Source: Bacteroidota bacterium
GTDB taxonomy: Bacteria; Bacteroidota; Bacteroidia; Bacteroidales; WCHB1-69
Direction of reading: 5' to 3'
Length of the DNA: 64,000 nucleotides
Assembly (NCBI GenBank): GCA_037130365.1
Contig: JBAXTE010000016.1
Location: forward strand, 6,029 to 70,028
Shown here: positions 17,548 through 30,296 of the stretch, one piece after another
How the letters are laid out: every line of letters begins with the position of its first letter
How positions within the stretch are numbered: the first letter of the stretch is position 1
Made by a program: the position numbers and the translations under genes
The notes under the pieces: model-generated
What the model was told of the DNA's origin: nothing
Database searches by the model: none
What the model saw: the letters and a program-made list of their open reading frames with translations, nothing else

Positions 17548-20382
17548 ATGAAAACAAAAATAATTAGTAATATTTTTTTAGCACTTCTTTTCTGCATCTT
17601 TGGATTATCTGTTTATGGGCAAGTGGAAGAGCCAACAAATGATTTAAGTTGTGATATTCATTTTGATGCACAAAACAGAAATATGTGGGGTCCCGAAGGT
17701 GAACCTTTTAGCTTAGATTTTGATTATGACATCTTTTGGATTGAACCAAGTTTTAATCAATCTATTGGCGACATTTGGGAAGACCCAATTTTTGGATCTC
17801 AATGGGGAGCCATTGTAACGATTGATTTTTGGAGTTTATTAGGAAGTAGATTTAGCATGCATGGTTTTCAAACTGGGCATGTTGATGTTACATATAATGC
17901 AGAAATAAATCACAATTTTCCAAATGATTTAACTTTTAATCCTGGTGAAACAATTACCGTTGAGTCAGACTGGGCTCCTTTGCCTGGTTGGGATTTATCC
18001 ACACAGTTTCCTACAGCTGGTTGGGTCTCTCTTGACTTTTTTATTGGCATTCATTTTATGGTTAATGCTCAAATATGTGTTGGTAGTTGCACTGATTTTA
18101 GTTTTGGCATCAACAATCCCACTCATCAGTACGACTCCATTAACATCTTTTATTTAAATACATTTACCGGTGAATACAATTATCCATGTGTCGTAAATAA
18201 TATTCCTCAATTCTGTAGTGGTGATTTTCTTCCGATTATTATTCCCGACTTTTTCAATATTGGATTAACTGGTTATATTACAATTCCCTATGTTGAAACC
18301 ACCGATTATCTTGGATCTGACAACTGTTTGCATGCTCATGGAGATAGCGCATGGTGGGGATTCCAGTTAGACATTATTCAATTTCTCTCACAAATTGCCA
18401 CGTTCATTCCTCCACCAGCAGGACCAACGATATCAACCATTTTAAGCTATCTTAATGGCTCTTATGAAATCATTCCTGGGGTTACAATCTCTTGGGATCT
18501 ATTATCCATGGAGATAGGAATGGATAGTCATTTAACCCAAGATTTCACCTTTTGTCCCGATATTAAAACCAGGCTCACTTTTCCCACACCGGTCAGCTAC
18601 ACCGAGGTGGATGCCAATGGAGCCATTGTTACTCAAGGAACAAATAATATTGTTATATATAATACGGGAAACGATTTAAATTTCACTTACCCTTGTTGGG
18701 GTTGGCCTAACATGCCGATTCAAGTTGACAATATTTTTGGTAACAACTTTACAAATCACACTTGGGACAGTATAGCTTTTTGGTTCCATATCAGTGTTTT
18801 AACAATAACTGTTCAGATTCAATTGGGACCTATAGATGGGGCAATCGCTCCTTTAGAATTACCAGAACTCATTCTCGATGTTCCCACTCCATGTCCTAAC
18901 AATCCTGATTCTACTTGCTACACTCAAATCAGTTCTGATTCATTGGTAACACCGCCTGTAAATACTCCAGATATTGATTTTTCATGGAGCTTTGGTCCAT
19001 TATACGAAAATACTTTTCCTCTAGGATATCTTCCTTTAACTTGGTTTAATCAAACTTGGACTCTGCTTCCAGTTATCGATACTATTTGTGGTATTGTAAA
19101 TATTATTCCTAATCCCGAAATGCAAATGGATTTAGATTTTTGTACTCCATTAATTTGTTGGGGAGATTCAACTGCTTGTATTAACGCTATTGTTCAAAAT
19201 GGAACGCCTCCTTTTACATATAATTGGTCAACAGGAATAAGCAATACTTTAAACGGACGAATTGATTCACTAACAAATATTCCATTAGGCTTTTATTCTG
19301 TAACGGTAACAGATGCTAGCGGTTGTTCATTAACAGATACGCTCACTGTTTCGCCAATTGATCCACCACTTCATCTTGATCTTGCCAAAATTGACGTTAC
19401 CTGTCTTCATGGAAGTGATGGCGTACTTACAGCACTCCCTAGCGGAGGAACACCAAATTTTCAATATCTTTGGGTTCCAACAAACTTACATACTGCAACT
19501 ATAGGATCGTTAACTGCTGGTGCATATTGCGTTACAGTTACTGATGCATTAGGGTGTACAATAACCGCATGTGATTCATTGATTGAATTACACCCACTTC
19601 CTCCAGTAAATATTTCTTCTGACATAACCGAAGGATGCGAACCTTTATCAGTTCAGTTTTACGAAAATTCTCCATTAGAAGGTCAAACATATAATTGGAA
19701 TTTCTACAATGAACCTCCCTCAACATTAAGAGATCCAATTCATACCTATACCAACGATGGCACTTATGATGTCACATTAACTGTTACCTCCGTTTATGGC
19801 TGTGATTCTGTATTGACAATTTATCAAATGATTACAGTATGGCCTAAACCAGATGCTGCATTCACTCAATTTCCAACAAGTGTAGATTTAATTGATCCAC
19901 AAGTGTTTTTCCACAACAATTCAACTGCATTAACTCAAAATTTATGGGATTTTGGAGACAGCACAATCAGTTCCGAAGTTCATCCAATTCATAGATACAC
20001 AAATCCTGGACAATACACTGTAACATTAATTGTTGCAACTGGCCAAGGTTGTTTAGATACTGCTACTTATCAATATATACATGTTAGCGATTATTGGACA
20101 ATTTATGTTCCAACTGCATTTACACCAACAGGAGATAATCAAAATGATGATTTCCGTCCAATCCATCATAATCTTTCTTTAAAAGGCTATAATTTTAAAA
20201 TATTTGACCGTTGGGGAGAATTAGTTTTTGAAACAACAGATCCATTTAAAGGCTGGGATGGTTCGGTAAAAGGGACAAAGGTTAAAACAACCACATTGTT
20301 TACTTGGACATTAGTTTTTAGAGATTTGAATAATTTATTAAGAAAGATGAATGGTTATGTTACCATTGTTGTACCTTACTAA
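17548..20382 (+). CDS. T9SS type-B-CTD secreted protein (SprB repeats, PKD domains, gliding-motility C-terminal domain)
   Basis: GTPPFTYNWS/YSVTVTDASGC SprB repeats, WDFGD..P.H.Y PKD, YVPTAFTPTGDNQND..IFDRWGE..GWDG CTD. Confidence 0.9.
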   Translation: MKTKIISNIFLALLFCIFGLSVYGQVEEPTNDLSCDIHFDAQNRNMWGPEGEPFSLDFDYDIFWIEPSFNQSIGDIWEDPIFGSQWGAIVTIDFWSLLGSRFSMHGFQTGHVDVTYNAEINHNFPNDLTFNPGETITVESDWAPLPGWDLSTQFPTAGWVSLDFFIGIHFMVNAQICVGSCTDFSFGINNPTHQYDSINIFYLNTFTGEYNYPCVVNNIPQFCSGDFLPIIIPDFFNIGLTGYITIPYVETTDYLGSDNCLHAHGDSAWWGFQLDIIQFLSQIATFIPPPAGPTISTILSYLNGSYEIIPGVTISWDLLSMEIGMDSHLTQDFTFCPDIKTRLTFPTPVSYTEVDANGAIVTQGTNNIVIYNTGNDLNFTYPCWGWPNMPIQVDNIFGNNFTNHTWDSIAFWFHISVLTITVQIQLGPIDGAIAPLELPELILDVPTPCPNNPDSTCYTQISSDSLVTPPVNTPDIDFSWSFGPLYENTFPLGYLPLTWFNQTWTLLPVIDTICGIVNIIPNPEMQMDLDFCTPLICWGDSTACINAIVQNGTPPFTYNWSTGISNTLNGRIDSLTNIPLGFYSVTVTDASGCSLTDTLTVSPIDPPLHLDLAKIDVTCLHGSDGVLTALPSGGTPNFQYLWVPTNLHTATIGSLTAGAYCVTVTDALGCTITACDSLIELHPLPPVNISSDITEGCEPLSVQFYENSPLEGQTYNWNFYNEPPSTLRDPIHTYTNDGTYDVTLTVTSVYGCDSVLTIYQMITVWPKPDAAFTQFPTSVDLIDPQVFFHNNSTALTQNLWDFGDSTISSEVHPIHRYTNPGQYTVTLIVATGQGCLDTATYQYIHVSDYWTIYVPTAFTPTGDNQNDDFRPIHHNLSLKGYNFKIFDRWGELVFETTDPFKGWDGSVKGTKVKTTTLFTWTLVFRDLNNLLRKMNGYVTIVVPY

Positions 20383-20389
20383 TATCTTC

Positions 20390-20441
20390 TACATCATAAA
20401 AAAAGAGACTGCCAAACGACAGTCTCTTTTTTTATGATGTA
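20390..20441. terminator. Bidirectional intrinsic terminator
   Basis: TACATCATAAAAAAAGAGACTG...CAGTCTCTTTTTTTATGATGTA long perfect stem between convergent genes. Confidence 0.92.
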
Positions 20442-20449
20442 AAATCAAA

Positions 20450-21754
<1,305 letters not shown>

Positions 21755-21787
21755 TTAAATGGTTTGATTTTTAAAATCTGATTTTGG

Positions 21788-21795
21788 CAAAAATA
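21788..21795 (-). promoter_or_regulatory. Putative -7 element for eno
   Basis: TATTTTTG matches TAnnTTTG, 45 nt upstream of eno ATG. Confidence 0.55.
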
Positions 21796-21796
21796 C

Positions 21797-21834
21797 AAAA
21801 AAAAACGGATTGAATTTAAGAATCAATCCGTTTT
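21797..21834 (-). terminator. Terminator of the alpha operon
   Basis: AAAACGGATTGA...TCAATCCGTTTT stem followed by a T run on the minus strand. Confidence 0.85.
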
Positions 21835-21855
21835 GAATAAAAAGAAATTCAAATA

Positions 21856-22344
21856 TTATTCTTTTACATCTTCAATTTGAGATGGTTCAGAAGTTTTATC
21901 AGCAACGTCAGTTTTTTTCTTAGCTGCACTACGACGAGTTTTTGGTTTAGCTTCTTGAACTTCTTTTTTAGCAACAGTGTATGTTTCGTTATAATCAACT
22001 AATTCAATAAAACACATTTCAGCATTATCGCCCAAACGATTTCCTGTTTTTAAAATTCGAGTATAACCGCCCGGACGGTTTGCTATTTTAATAGCGATAT
22101 CTCTAAAAAGTTCAGTTACAGCATATTTATCTTGTAAATAACTAAAAACCAAACGTCTTGATTGAGTAGTATCATCTTTTCCTCTATTGATAAGCGGTTC
22201 AACAAATTTTCTCAAAGCTTTTGCTTTTGCTAAAGTCGTATTGATTCGTTTATGTAAGATGAGAGAAGAAGCCATGTTTGACAACATAGCATTGCGATGT
22301 GCACTTTTTCTACCCAAATGGTTTATTTTTTTACCGTGTCTCAT
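21856..22344 (-). CDS. rplQ: 50S ribosomal protein L17
   Basis: [18 protein letters not shown]. Confidence 0.98.
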   Translation of the reverse strand: MRHGKKINHLGRKSAHRNAMLSNMASSLILHKRINTTLAKAKALRKFVEPLINRGKDDTTQSRRLVFSYLQDKYAVTELFRDIAIKIANRPGGYTRILKTGNRLGDNAEMCFIELVDYNETYTVAKKEVQEAKPKTRRSAAKKKTDVADKTSEPSQIEDVKE

Positions 22345-22349
22345 TGCTC

Positions 22350-23342
22350 TTAATCCTTATCTAATTTATATTTTGCTACATTCATTCCAAATTCAAGGTT
22401 TTTAGATTTAACTAAATCCTCGAGTTCGTTAAGTGATTTTTTGCCAAAATTTCTAAATTTAAGCAAATCATTTCTTTCGTACGATACTAAATCGCCAAGG
22501 GTTTCAACATCAGCTGCTTTAAGGCAATTAAGTGCTCTAACCGATAAGTCAAGGTCTGTAAGTTTAGCCTTTAACAATTGGCGAATATGCAATGATGTTT
22601 CATCAAATTCTTCATCAACTTCTTCAACTTCTTCTTCAAATGAAATTTTTTCATCTGAGAAAAGCATAAAATGTTGAATTAATATTTTAGCTGCTTCTTT
22701 AAGTGCTTCTTTAGGATGGATTGAACCATCTGTATCAATTTCAAGAATCAACTTTTCGAAGTCAGTTTTTTGTTCAACTCTAAAATTATCCACAATAACT
22801 TTTACATTGCGAATAGGAGTATGAATAGAGTCAATAACAATAACGCCAATACCACTATGAAGAGTTCTATTATCTTCTGCCGCAATATAGCCACGTCCTT
22901 TATCTATTGTTAATTCAATAGACAACTTAACGTTGGATTCCATATGACAGATGATTAATTCAGGATTTAAAACTTGAAAACTGTTTAAATATTTATTGAT
23001 GTCTCCAGCTTTAAAAACGTCTTGTCCACTGATGTTAATAACAACTTTTTCGTTTGTAATAGAGTCAATTTGATTCACTAGACGAACTTGTTTTAGATTT
23101 AAAACAATATCGGTAACATCTTCAATAACTCCAGGAATAGTTGCAAATTCTTGATCAACTCCTTCAACTTTTAAAGAAGTGATTGCATAACCTTCTAATG
23201 AGGACAAAAGGACTCTTCGCAAGGCATTACCGATAGTAATTCCGTATCCAGGTTGAAGAGGACGAAATTCGAAGACACCGCGCTTGTCACTTGCTTCAAG
23301 CATGATAACTTTATCGGGTTTTTGGAATGTTAATATAGCCAT
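22350..23342 (-). CDS. rpoA: RNA polymerase alpha subunit
   Basis: [33 protein letters not shown]. Confidence 0.98.
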   Translation of the reverse strand: MAILTFQKPDKVIMLEASDKRGVFEFRPLQPGYGITIGNALRRVLLSSLEGYAITSLKVEGVDQEFATIPGVIEDVTDIVLNLKQVRLVNQIDSITNEKVVINISGQDVFKAGDINKYLNSFQVLNPELIICHMESNVKLSIELTIDKGRGYIAAEDNRTLHSGIGVIVIDSIHTPIRNVKVIVDNFRVEQKTDFEKLILEIDTDGSIHPKEALKEAAKILIQHFMLFSDEKISFEEEVEEVDEEFDETSLHIRQLLKAKLTDLDLSVRALNCLKAADVETLGDLVSYERNDLLKFRNFGKKSLNELEDLVKSKNLEFGMNVAKYKLDKD

Positions 23343-23370
23343 GTTTATCCTTTTTTTAAAAATTCAATGA

Positions 23371-23979
23371 TTATTTAGAGTATAACTCAACGATCAACTG
23401 TTCTTTGATATTTTCAGGGATCATATCTCTTTCTGGGTAACTAATAAATTTACCTGAATATGAACTTAAATCCCATTCTAACCATGGATATTTGCTATTC
23501 GAGCGAGCACCAATAGCATCAACAACCACTTCAAGAGATTTTGATTTTTCTCTTACAGAAACTACTTCACCTGGTTTCATTAAGTAAGATGGAATATTTA
23601 CAACACTTCCATTTACTACAATGTGTTTATGTGAAACTAATTGACGAGCAGCAGCTCTTGTTGGAGCAATACCCAAACGATAAACTACATTATCCAATCT
23701 TGCTTCTAATAATTTGAATAAATCATCACCAGTACGACCTTTCATACGAGCAGCTTGTTCGAATAATTTTCTAAACTGACGCTCTAAAATACCGTAAGTG
23801 TATTTTGCTTTTTGTTTTTCCATTAATTGGATACCATATTCTGATACTTTTCCACGTCTTCTGGATTGTCCGTGTTGTCCGGGTGGATAGTTCTTTTTTT
23901 CAAAATATTTATCAGGACCATAAATTGCTTCATGAAATTTACGTGCAATTCGAGTCTTAGGGCCTATATATCTTGCCAT
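23371..23979 (-). CDS. rpsD: 30S ribosomal protein S4
   Basis: [23 protein letters not shown]. Confidence 0.98.
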   Translation of the reverse strand: MARYIGPKTRIARKFHEAIYGPDKYFEKKNYPPGQHGQSRRRGKVSEYGIQLMEKQKAKYTYGILERQFRKLFEQAARMKGRTGDDLFKLLEARLDNVVYRLGIAPTRAAARQLVSHKHIVVNGSVVNIPSYLMKPGEVVSVREKSKSLEVVVDAIGARSNSKYPWLEWDLSSYSGKFISYPERDMIPENIKEQLIVELYSK

Positions 23980-24006
23980 TTTGTTCTATTTTTTATGTTG
24001 TTAAAA

Positions 24007-24396
24007 TTAAACTCTTCTTCTTTTTGGAGGACGACAGCCATTGTGAGGTAATGGAGTTACATCCATAATTTCAGTAACTTCAATACCGGCTGAGTGAATA
24101 GTGCGAATAGCAGATTCTCTACCGGAACCAGGCCCTTTTACATAAACTTTCACTTTTCTTAAGCCTAAATCATAAGCTACTTTAACACAATCTTGGGCTG
24201 CCATTTGTGCAGCATAAGGAGTGTTCTTTTTTGATCCTCGAAAGCCCATTTTTCCAGCAGAAGACCAAGAAATAACTTGACCCTCATTGTTGGTTAGAGA
24301 TACGATGACGTTATTAAAACTTGCCGAAACGTATGCTCTACCTGTTGCTTCAACTTTAACAACTCTTTTCTTTGTTACTTTAGAAGTTTTTGCCAT
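24007..24396 (-). CDS. rpsK: 30S ribosomal protein S11
   Basis: [24 protein letters not shown]. Confidence 0.98.
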   Translation of the reverse strand: MAKTSKVTKKRVVKVEATGRAYVSASFNNVIVSLTNNEGQVISWSSAGKMGFRGSKKNTPYAAQMAAQDCVKVAYDLGLRKVKVYVKGPGSGRESAIRTIHSAGIEVTEIMDVTPLPHNGCRPPKRRRV

Positions 24397-24429
24397 AATA
24401 CGATTAATTACTCTTCTTTACGTTAATTA

Positions 24430-24804
24430 CTATTTAGTCGCTTTTTTCTTATTAGCAACTGTCTTTCTTTTACCTTTACGGGTTCTTGCATTATTTTTAG
24501 TACTTTGACCGCGTAATGGGAGACCTAAACGATGACGAATTCCTCGGTATGAACCGATATCCATCAAACGTTTAATGTTTGTTTGTACTTCAGAGCGTAA
24601 GGCACCTTCTACTTTAATTTCTCCGATAATCAAACGAATTGAAGACAACTCATCATCGTCCCAATCTGTTACTTTTTTATCATAATTTACGCCAGCTTGT
24701 GCTAATATTTTGCGTGCTGTGCTTCGTCCTATACCAAAGATATAGGTCAGTCCGATTTCTCCTCTTTTGTTGTTAGGTAAATCGACACCTGCAATTCTTG
24801 CCAT
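24430..24804 (-). CDS. rpsM: 30S ribosomal protein S13
   Basis: [24 protein letters not shown]. Confidence 0.98.
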   Translation of the reverse strand: MARIAGVDLPNNKRGEIGLTYIFGIGRSTARKILAQAGVNYDKKVTDWDDDELSSIRLIIGEIKVEGALRSEVQTNIKRLMDIGSYRGIRHRLGLPLRGQSTKNNARTRKGKRKTVANKKKATK

Positions 24805-24841
24805 ATAATTTACTTTTCTTTAATAAGTTACTACTTTATTT

Positions 24842-24958
24842 CTAACCTTGACGTTGTTTAAATCTAGGATTTTTTTTGTTTATCACAAATACGACCCCTT
24901 TCCGTCTCACTACCACACATTCAGGAGATCTTTTCTTTACCGATGCTCTAACTTTCAT
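24842..24958 (-). CDS. rpmJ: 50S ribosomal protein L36 (zinc-ribbon-less type)
   Basis: Below ORF-track cutoff; translates [38 protein letters not shown], between infA and rpsM. Confidence 0.97.
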   Translation of the reverse strand: MKVRASVKKRSPECVVVRRKGVVFVINKKNPRFKQRQG

Positions 24959-24975
24959 TTTTTTTAATTTTTATA

Positions 24976-25194
24976 TTACTTGTATCTAAATGTTATTCTT
25001 CCTTTTGACAAATCATAAGGCGACATTTCTAATTGAACTCTATCGCCAGGTAATATCTTAATATAATGCATTCTCATTTTACCTGAAATATGGGCGATAA
25101 TAACATGTCCATTTTCTAATTCAACTCGAAACATTGCATTTCCTAAAGACTCAATAACCGTCCCGTCTTGTTGTATTGTTAATTGTTTAGCCAT
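24976..25194 (-). CDS. infA: Translation initiation factor IF-1
   Basis: [26 protein letters not shown]. Confidence 0.98.
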   Translation of the reverse strand: MAKQLTIQQDGTVIESLGNAMFRVELENGHVIIAHISGKMRMHYIKILPGDRVQLEMSPYDLSKGRITFRYK

Positions 25195-25196
25195 TT

Positions 25197-25988
25197 TCAG
25201 TTATTGTTTATAATTTGTTCAATGTATTCATATGTAGATAATAATTCAGCTTGATTTTCTCGAATTACTATTTGATGTTCAAAATGTGCTGATGGTTGCC
25301 CGTCTGCTGTTCGAACTGTCCATCCATCATTCTCGAATATGATAAATTTCTTTCCAAAATTAATCATCGGTTCAATACAGATTACCATTCCACTTTTCAA
25401 CTTATATCCTGATCCCTTTTGACCATAATTTGGAACGTTTGGTTTTTCATGTAATGATTTCCCAATACCATGACCAACTAGTTCACGAACCACAGAATAG
25501 CCTCTAGATTCCACGTACGATTGGACAGCATAACCAATATCACCCGTATAATTACCCGCTATTGCTACTTTTATTCCTTCAAATAAAGAATCTTTTGTAG
25601 CTTTAACAAGCTCAACGACTTCTGATCTAACATTTCCAATAAGAAACGTGTACGCATAATCGCCATGATATCCGTTTTTCTTAACGCCACAATCTACAGA
25701 TACAATATCGCCATCTTTGATAATATTATTTCCCGGAATTCCGTGAACAACATGATCATTAATAGAAATACATAATGAAGAGGGAAATCCATTATATCCC
25801 TTAAACGAAGGAACTCCTCCATTATCCCTGATAAATTTTTCTGCAATATCGTCAAGCGATTTTGTAGTTACACCAGGTTTAATAAATCGTGCTACTTCTG
25901 CTAAAGTTTTTCCAACAAGCAAAGAACTTTCTTTGATTAATCTTATTTCAGATTCTGATTTAATTATATTTGATAAAATGTTTTTCAA
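25197..25988 (-). CDS. map: Methionine aminopeptidase type I
   Basis: CISIND.VVHGIP, GHGIG, IEPM, SAHFEH; TTG start uncertain. Confidence 0.95.
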   Translation of the reverse strand: MKNILSNIIKSESEIRLIKESSLLVGKTLAEVARFIKPGVTTKSLDDIAEKFIRDNGGVPSFKGYNGFPSSLCISINDHVVHGIPGNNIIKDGDIVSVDCGVKKNGYHGDYAYTFLIGNVRSEVVELVKATKDSLFEGIKVAIAGNYTGDIGYAVQSYVESRGYSVVRELVGHGIGKSLHEKPNVPNYGQKGSGYKLKSGMVICIEPMINFGKKFIIFENDGWTVRTADGQPSAHFEHQIVIRENQAELLSTYEYIEQIINNN

Positions 25989-25992
25989 TGTA

Positions 25993-27345
25993 CTAAATTC
26001 CTACTGAAGATCTTCCTTTAATTCTACCAGATTTTGTCAACCCATCGTAATGGCGCATCAATAAATGACTTTCAACTTGTTGAAGAGTATCTAAAACAAC
26101 ACCAACTAAAATAAGTAAAGATGTGCCACCAAAAAATTGAGCAAATTGAGTATTAACTCCAAATAGGCGAACAATTGCAGGCATAACGGCAACAAAAGCT
26201 AAAAACATAGAACCTGGCAACGTAATTCTTGACATAACATTGTCTATAAATTCACCCGTTTTTTTACCCGGTTTAATTCCTGGTATAAAGCCACCATTTC
26301 TCTTTAAATCCTCTGCGATTTGATTTGGATTTATTGAAATTGCAGTATAAAAATAGGTAAAAGCAATAATCATTATTGCAAAAGTAATATTGTATGTTAA
26401 GCCATTGTAATCAGAAAAAGCGGCTGCAATTCCTGACATACTTTCAGAGTTTGAAAAAGAAAGTAGAGTTAATGGCAAAAACATAATTGCTTGAGCAAAG
26501 ATAATTGGCATAACTCCAGCAGCATTTACCTTTAAAGGTAAATATTGACGAACACCGCCATATTGTTTGTTTCCTACAATACGTTTTGCATATTGTACAG
26601 GAATTTTACGAGTTCCTTGTACCAATAGAATTGTAATCAATACAACTCCTACTAATATCGCTAACTCTAAAATAAATACGACTAAGCCACCTCCTTGTTC
26701 TTCCATTCTAGAAGCAAATTCTCCAAAAAGGGAGAAAGGCAATCTAGCAATAATTCCAATCATAATGATTAATGAAATACCATTACCAATACCTTTATCT
26801 GTGATTTTTTCTCCAAGCCACATAACAAACATAGTTCCTGTAACAAGAACAATAACAGCAGTAGCAACAAATAAAGGAGCAATTGCGGAATCGGGAAGGA
26901 ATGGATAAAACGCTTGAGAAGGCATTTGGCTAACAAGATTAGTGATATAAGCAGGAGCTTGAAGACCAGTAACCAAGATTGTTAACCAACGAGTGATCTG
27001 ATTGATTTTTTTTCTTCCACTTTCACCTTCCTTTTGAAGTCGTTGAAAATATGGAACAGCCATTCCAAGTAATTGAATTACGATGGATGCAGAAATATAT
27101 GGCATAATTCCTAAAGCAAATATTGATGCTTGAGAGAAAGCTCCACCAGAAAAAATATCTAACAATCCTAATAACCCTTCTTGGGAATTACGTTTAAAAT
27201 CAGTAAGCATATTTGGATCGATACCAGGTATAACTATATGCGAACCTAATCGATAAATAACAACGATTAGAATTGTATATATAATTCTTTTACGTAAGTC
27301 TTCAATCTTATATATGTTTTTTAAAGTTTCAATCAGTCGTTTCAT
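25993..27345 (-). CDS. secY: Preprotein translocase SecY
   Basis: SIFALGIMPYISASI, GIGNGISL, GGTSLLI. Confidence 0.98.
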   Translation of the reverse strand: MKRLIETLKNIYKIEDLRKRIIYTILIVVIYRLGSHIVIPGIDPNMLTDFKRNSQEGLLGLLDIFSGGAFSQASIFALGIMPYISASIVIQLLGMAVPYFQRLQKEGESGRKKINQITRWLTILVTGLQAPAYITNLVSQMPSQAFYPFLPDSAIAPLFVATAVIVLVTGTMFVMWLGEKITDKGIGNGISLIIMIGIIARLPFSLFGEFASRMEEQGGGLVVFILELAILVGVVLITILLVQGTRKIPVQYAKRIVGNKQYGGVRQYLPLKVNAAGVMPIIFAQAIMFLPLTLLSFSNSESMSGIAAAFSDYNGLTYNITFAIMIIAFTYFYTAISINPNQIAEDLKRNGGFIPGIKPGKKTGEFIDNVMSRITLPGSMFLAFVAVMPAIVRLFGVNTQFAQFFGGTSLLILVGVVLDTLQQVESHLLMRHYDGLTKSGRIKGRSSVGI

Positions 27346-27351
27346 GTAATA

Positions 27352-27798
27352 TTAGATTTTAGTTGCTGTTCCACCAAGCGATTCAATAGCTGTAACTGCT
27401 GTTTTTGAAAAAGCATTACCTACAACATCAACTTTAGCTGTTAATAAACCTTTTCCAAGGACTTTAAAAATTTCGGATTTACTAATCAATCCATGGTTTT
27501 GAAACACTTCATGATTAAATTGAACGATATTAAAGTCATCATGTAAGCGTTGAATTGTGCTTAAATTAATAGCAGTATACTCAATTCTATTGATGTTTTT
27601 GAAACCACCTTTAGGTACGCGTCTATAAAGAGGCATTTGGCCTCCTTCAAATCCTCCTTTACTGGAATAGCCAGATCGAGATTGAGCACCTTTATGACCT
27701 CTAGTTGCGGTACCACCACCACCAGATCCTTGACCGCGACCCAATCTTTTATTGTCCTTAGTTGAACCAGTTGCGGGTTTAAGATTAGATAAATTCAT
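27352..27798 (-). CDS. rplO: 50S ribosomal protein L15
   Basis: [18 protein letters not shown]; start moved to ATG 27798 (MNLSNL). Confidence 0.97.
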   Translation of the reverse strand: MNLSNLKPATGSTKDNKRLGRGQGSGGGGTATRGHKGAQSRSGYSSKGGFEGGQMPLYRRVPKGGFKNINRIEYTAINLSTIQRLHDDFNIVQFNHEVFQNHGLISKSEIFKVLGKGLLTAKVDVVGNAFSKTAVTAIESLGGTATKI

Positions 27799-27826
27799 AT
27801 TTTGTATTTTTCTAAGTTCGTTAAAA

Positions 27827-28006
27827 TTATAATTCTTCCACCTTAACAAGGTGTTGTACTTTGTTTATCATTCCCATTATTTGAGGTGTTCCCACCACTT
27901 CTATTGGGCGATTCATACGAGTAATACCAAGCGCAACTAATGTACGTTTTTGACGTTCTGGGCGATCGATACCACTTTTTACTTGAGTGATTTTATACTT
28001 TTGCAT
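27827..28006 (-). CDS. rpmD: 50S ribosomal protein L30
   Basis: [23 protein letters not shown]; start at ATG 28006. Confidence 0.97.
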   Translation of the reverse strand: MQKYKITQVKSGIDRPERQKRTLVALGITRMNRPIEVVGTPQIMGMINKVQHLVKVEEL

Positions 28007-28039
28007 TACAATTTGTTTTATTTTTTTACAGAAAACGTG

Positions 28040-28070
28040 CAAATTTAAAAAAAATCTACATATTTACAAA
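28040..28070 (-). promoter_or_regulatory. Internal sigma-A promoter upstream of rpmD
   Basis: TTTG-N19-TAAATTTG, an exact Bacteroidota -33/-7 consensus, in the 91-bp rpsE-rpmD gap. Confidence 0.75.
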
Positions 28071-28097
28071 ATTATCCGCTAGAATAACGACGCAAAG

Positions 28098-28616
28098 TTA
28101 TCCGTTGAAAACTTTATTTAAGTCTATTCCGCGTAGTTGAGCTATAGTATATGGATCACGCATTTGAGCTAGAGCATCAAAAGTTGCTTTAACAACACTA
28201 TGAGGATTAGAAGAACCTTTAGATTTTGCAAGGACATCTTTTACTCCAACACTTTCCATAACAGCACGCATAGCACCACCTGCAATTACTCCAGTTCCAG
28301 GAGCTGCAGGACGAAGTAAAACAAGTGCACCACTATATTTTCCTTCTTGCATATGAGGTACCGTTCCTTTTAAAACAGGAACTTTTATTAGATTTTTCTT
28401 GGCATCATCAATGCCTTTTGCGATAGCAGCGGTAACTTCCTTCGCTTTACCAAGTCCGTATCCAACTACGCCGTTTTCATTTCCTACAACAACGATTGCT
28501 GAGAAGCTAAAAGTACGTCCACCTTTAGTCACTTTTGTAACACGTTGAATACTTACTAAACGATCTTTAAATTCGATATCGCTTGATTTTACTTTTTTAA
28601 CATTTACGTTTGGCAT
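28098..28616 (-). CDS. rpsE: 30S ribosomal protein S5
   Basis: [18 protein letters not shown]. Confidence 0.98.
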   Translation of the reverse strand: MPNVNVKKVKSSDIEFKDRLVSIQRVTKVTKGGRTFSFSAIVVVGNENGVVGYGLGKAKEVTAAIAKGIDDAKKNLIKVPVLKGTVPHMQEGKYSGALVLLRPAAPGTGVIAGGAMRAVMESVGVKDVLAKSKGSSNPHSVVKATFDALAQMRDPYTIAQLRGIDLNKVFNG

Positions 28617-28625
28617 AGCTTATAA

Positions 28626-28988
28626 TTAGAATATTAAACCACCTTCTCTAGCACCTTCTGCTAAAGATTTAACTCGACCATGATATAAATAACCGTTTCT
28701 ATCAAAAACGACATTTGTAATTCCTGCTTCCAAAGCACGTTCAGCTAGATTAATTCCAACTAATTTTGCTTTTTCACACTTAGTAACTTTTACTTCAGCG
28801 ATTGCAGGCATTGCAGAAGAAGAAGCAACAAGGGTTAACCCGTTTAAATCATCTACGATTTGAGCATAGATTTGTTTATTGCTTCTATATACAGATAAAC
28901 GTAAGCGTTCAGGAGTTCCATTAACCACCTTACGAATTCTGTGTTTGATGCGAATTCTTCTGAATTCTTTTTTATTTTTAATAGCCAT
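28626..28988 (-). CDS. rplR: 50S ribosomal protein L18
   Basis: [22 protein letters not shown]. Confidence 0.98.
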   Translation of the reverse strand: MAIKNKKEFRRIRIKHRIRKVVNGTPERLRLSVYRSNKQIYAQIVDDLNGLTLVASSSAMPAIAEVKVTKCEKAKLVGINLAERALEAGITNVVFDRNGYLYHGRVKSLAEGAREGGLIF

Positions 28989-29021
28989 TTTTTAATTTTA
29001 TTAATTCGATTTCCTAATACA

Positions 29022-29579
29022 TTACTTTTTCTCAGCTGATTTACCTGCTTTTTTACGCAGAACTTCACCTTGAAAACGGATACCTTTTCCTTTATATGGC
29101 TCAGGTCGGCGATAAGAGCGAATTTTTGCAGCCACTTGACCTAAAAGTTGTTTATCGATACTTTTAAGAATAATAGTAGGACTTTTACCTTTTTCTGCTG
29201 TAGTTTCAACTTTAATTTCGTTTGGAAGTTGAAAAATAATATTGTGCGAATAACCTAAAGATAAATCTAATATTTGACCATTAGAAGTTGCTTTATATCC
29301 AACACCAACAACTTCTTGGATGATAGTAAAACCTTCGGATACGCCTTTTATCATATTAAACACTAGAGCTCTGTATAATCCATGCATAGCTCTATGTCGT
29401 TGTTGCTCAGTAGCTCTAACTAATGTTAACACATTTCCTTCAACTGATAAAGATATTGCAGGATCCACAGCTTGTGTAAGTTCTCCAAGAGGACCTTTAA
29501 CTGTAACTACATTATTACTATTTACAATTATTTCAACGCCTTTAGGCAGTGAGATAGGAAGTTTTCCAATTCTTGACAT
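29022..29579 (-). CDS. rplF: 50S ribosomal protein L6
   Basis: MSRIGKLPI, PEPYKGKG. Confidence 0.98.
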   Translation of the reverse strand: MSRIGKLPISLPKGVEIIVNSNNVVTVKGPLGELTQAVDPAISLSVEGNVLTLVRATEQQRHRAMHGLYRALVFNMIKGVSEGFTIIQEVVGVGYKATSNGQILDLSLGYSHNIIFQLPNEIKVETTAEKGKSPTIILKSIDKQLLGQVAAKIRSYRRPEPYKGKGIRFQGEVLRKKAGKSAEKK

Positions 29580-29595
29580 TCTTATTTCCTCCTTT

Positions 29596-29994
29596 TTAGC
29601 TTATGTAACATATTACTTCACCACCAATATTATTTAGACGTGCTTCTTTATCTGATAACAGACCTTTAGAAGTAGAGATTACTGCAATCCCCAAACCGTT
29701 AAGAACTCTTGGCAAGTTCTCGGAGGATACATAACGTCTAAGACCAGGTTTGCTAACACGTTCAAGTGTTTTGATAGCACTCTGTTTTGTACCTGGATGA
29801 TACTTTAAAGCAATTTTAATTACACCAGGGTTTTTGTCATCCTCGAATTTATAATTGAGGATATATCCTTTTTCAAACAAAATTTTAGTAATTTCTTTTT
29901 TAATGTTTGAAGTAGGTACTTCTACCATCTTATGATTTGCCATCACGGCATTACGTATTCTGGTTAAGTAATCTGAAATAGGATCAGTATTCAT
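29596..29994 (-). CDS. rpsH: 30S ribosomal protein S8
   Basis: [25 protein letters not shown]. Confidence 0.98.
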   Translation of the reverse strand: MNTDPISDYLTRIRNAVMANHKMVEVPTSNIKKEITKILFEKGYILNYKFEDDKNPGVIKIALKYHPGTKQSAIKTLERVSKPGLRRYVSSENLPRVLNGLGIAVISTSKGLLSDKEARLNNIGGEVICYIS

Positions 29995-30015
29995 TTTTTT
30001 TGAATCTTTTGTTTA

Positions 30016-30285
30016 TTACCAACTTGCTTTTCTAACACCAGGTATTAACCCTTGGGAAGCCATTTCACGGAAGTTAATACGTGAAATACCGAATTGTCTC
30101 ATATATCCTTTAGGACGTCCTGTTAATTGACAGCGATTATGTTTTCTAATAGGGTTTGAATTGTAAGGTAACTTTTGCAACCCAATATTATCGCCAGCCG
30201 CTTTCAGGGCAATTCGTTTAGCTTCGAATTTTTCTACCATTTTTGCTCGCTTTACTTCACGAGCTTTAATTGATTCCTTTGCCAT
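30016..30285 (-). CDS. rpsN: 30S ribosomal protein S14 (89-aa zinc-free type)
   Basis: [26 protein letters not shown]. Confidence 0.98.
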   Translation of the reverse strand: MAKESIKAREVKRAKMVEKFEAKRIALKAAGDNIGLQKLPYNSNPIRKHNRCQLTGRPKGYMRQFGISRINFREMASQGLIPGVRKASW

Positions 30286-30296
30286 TTATGTTTTCT

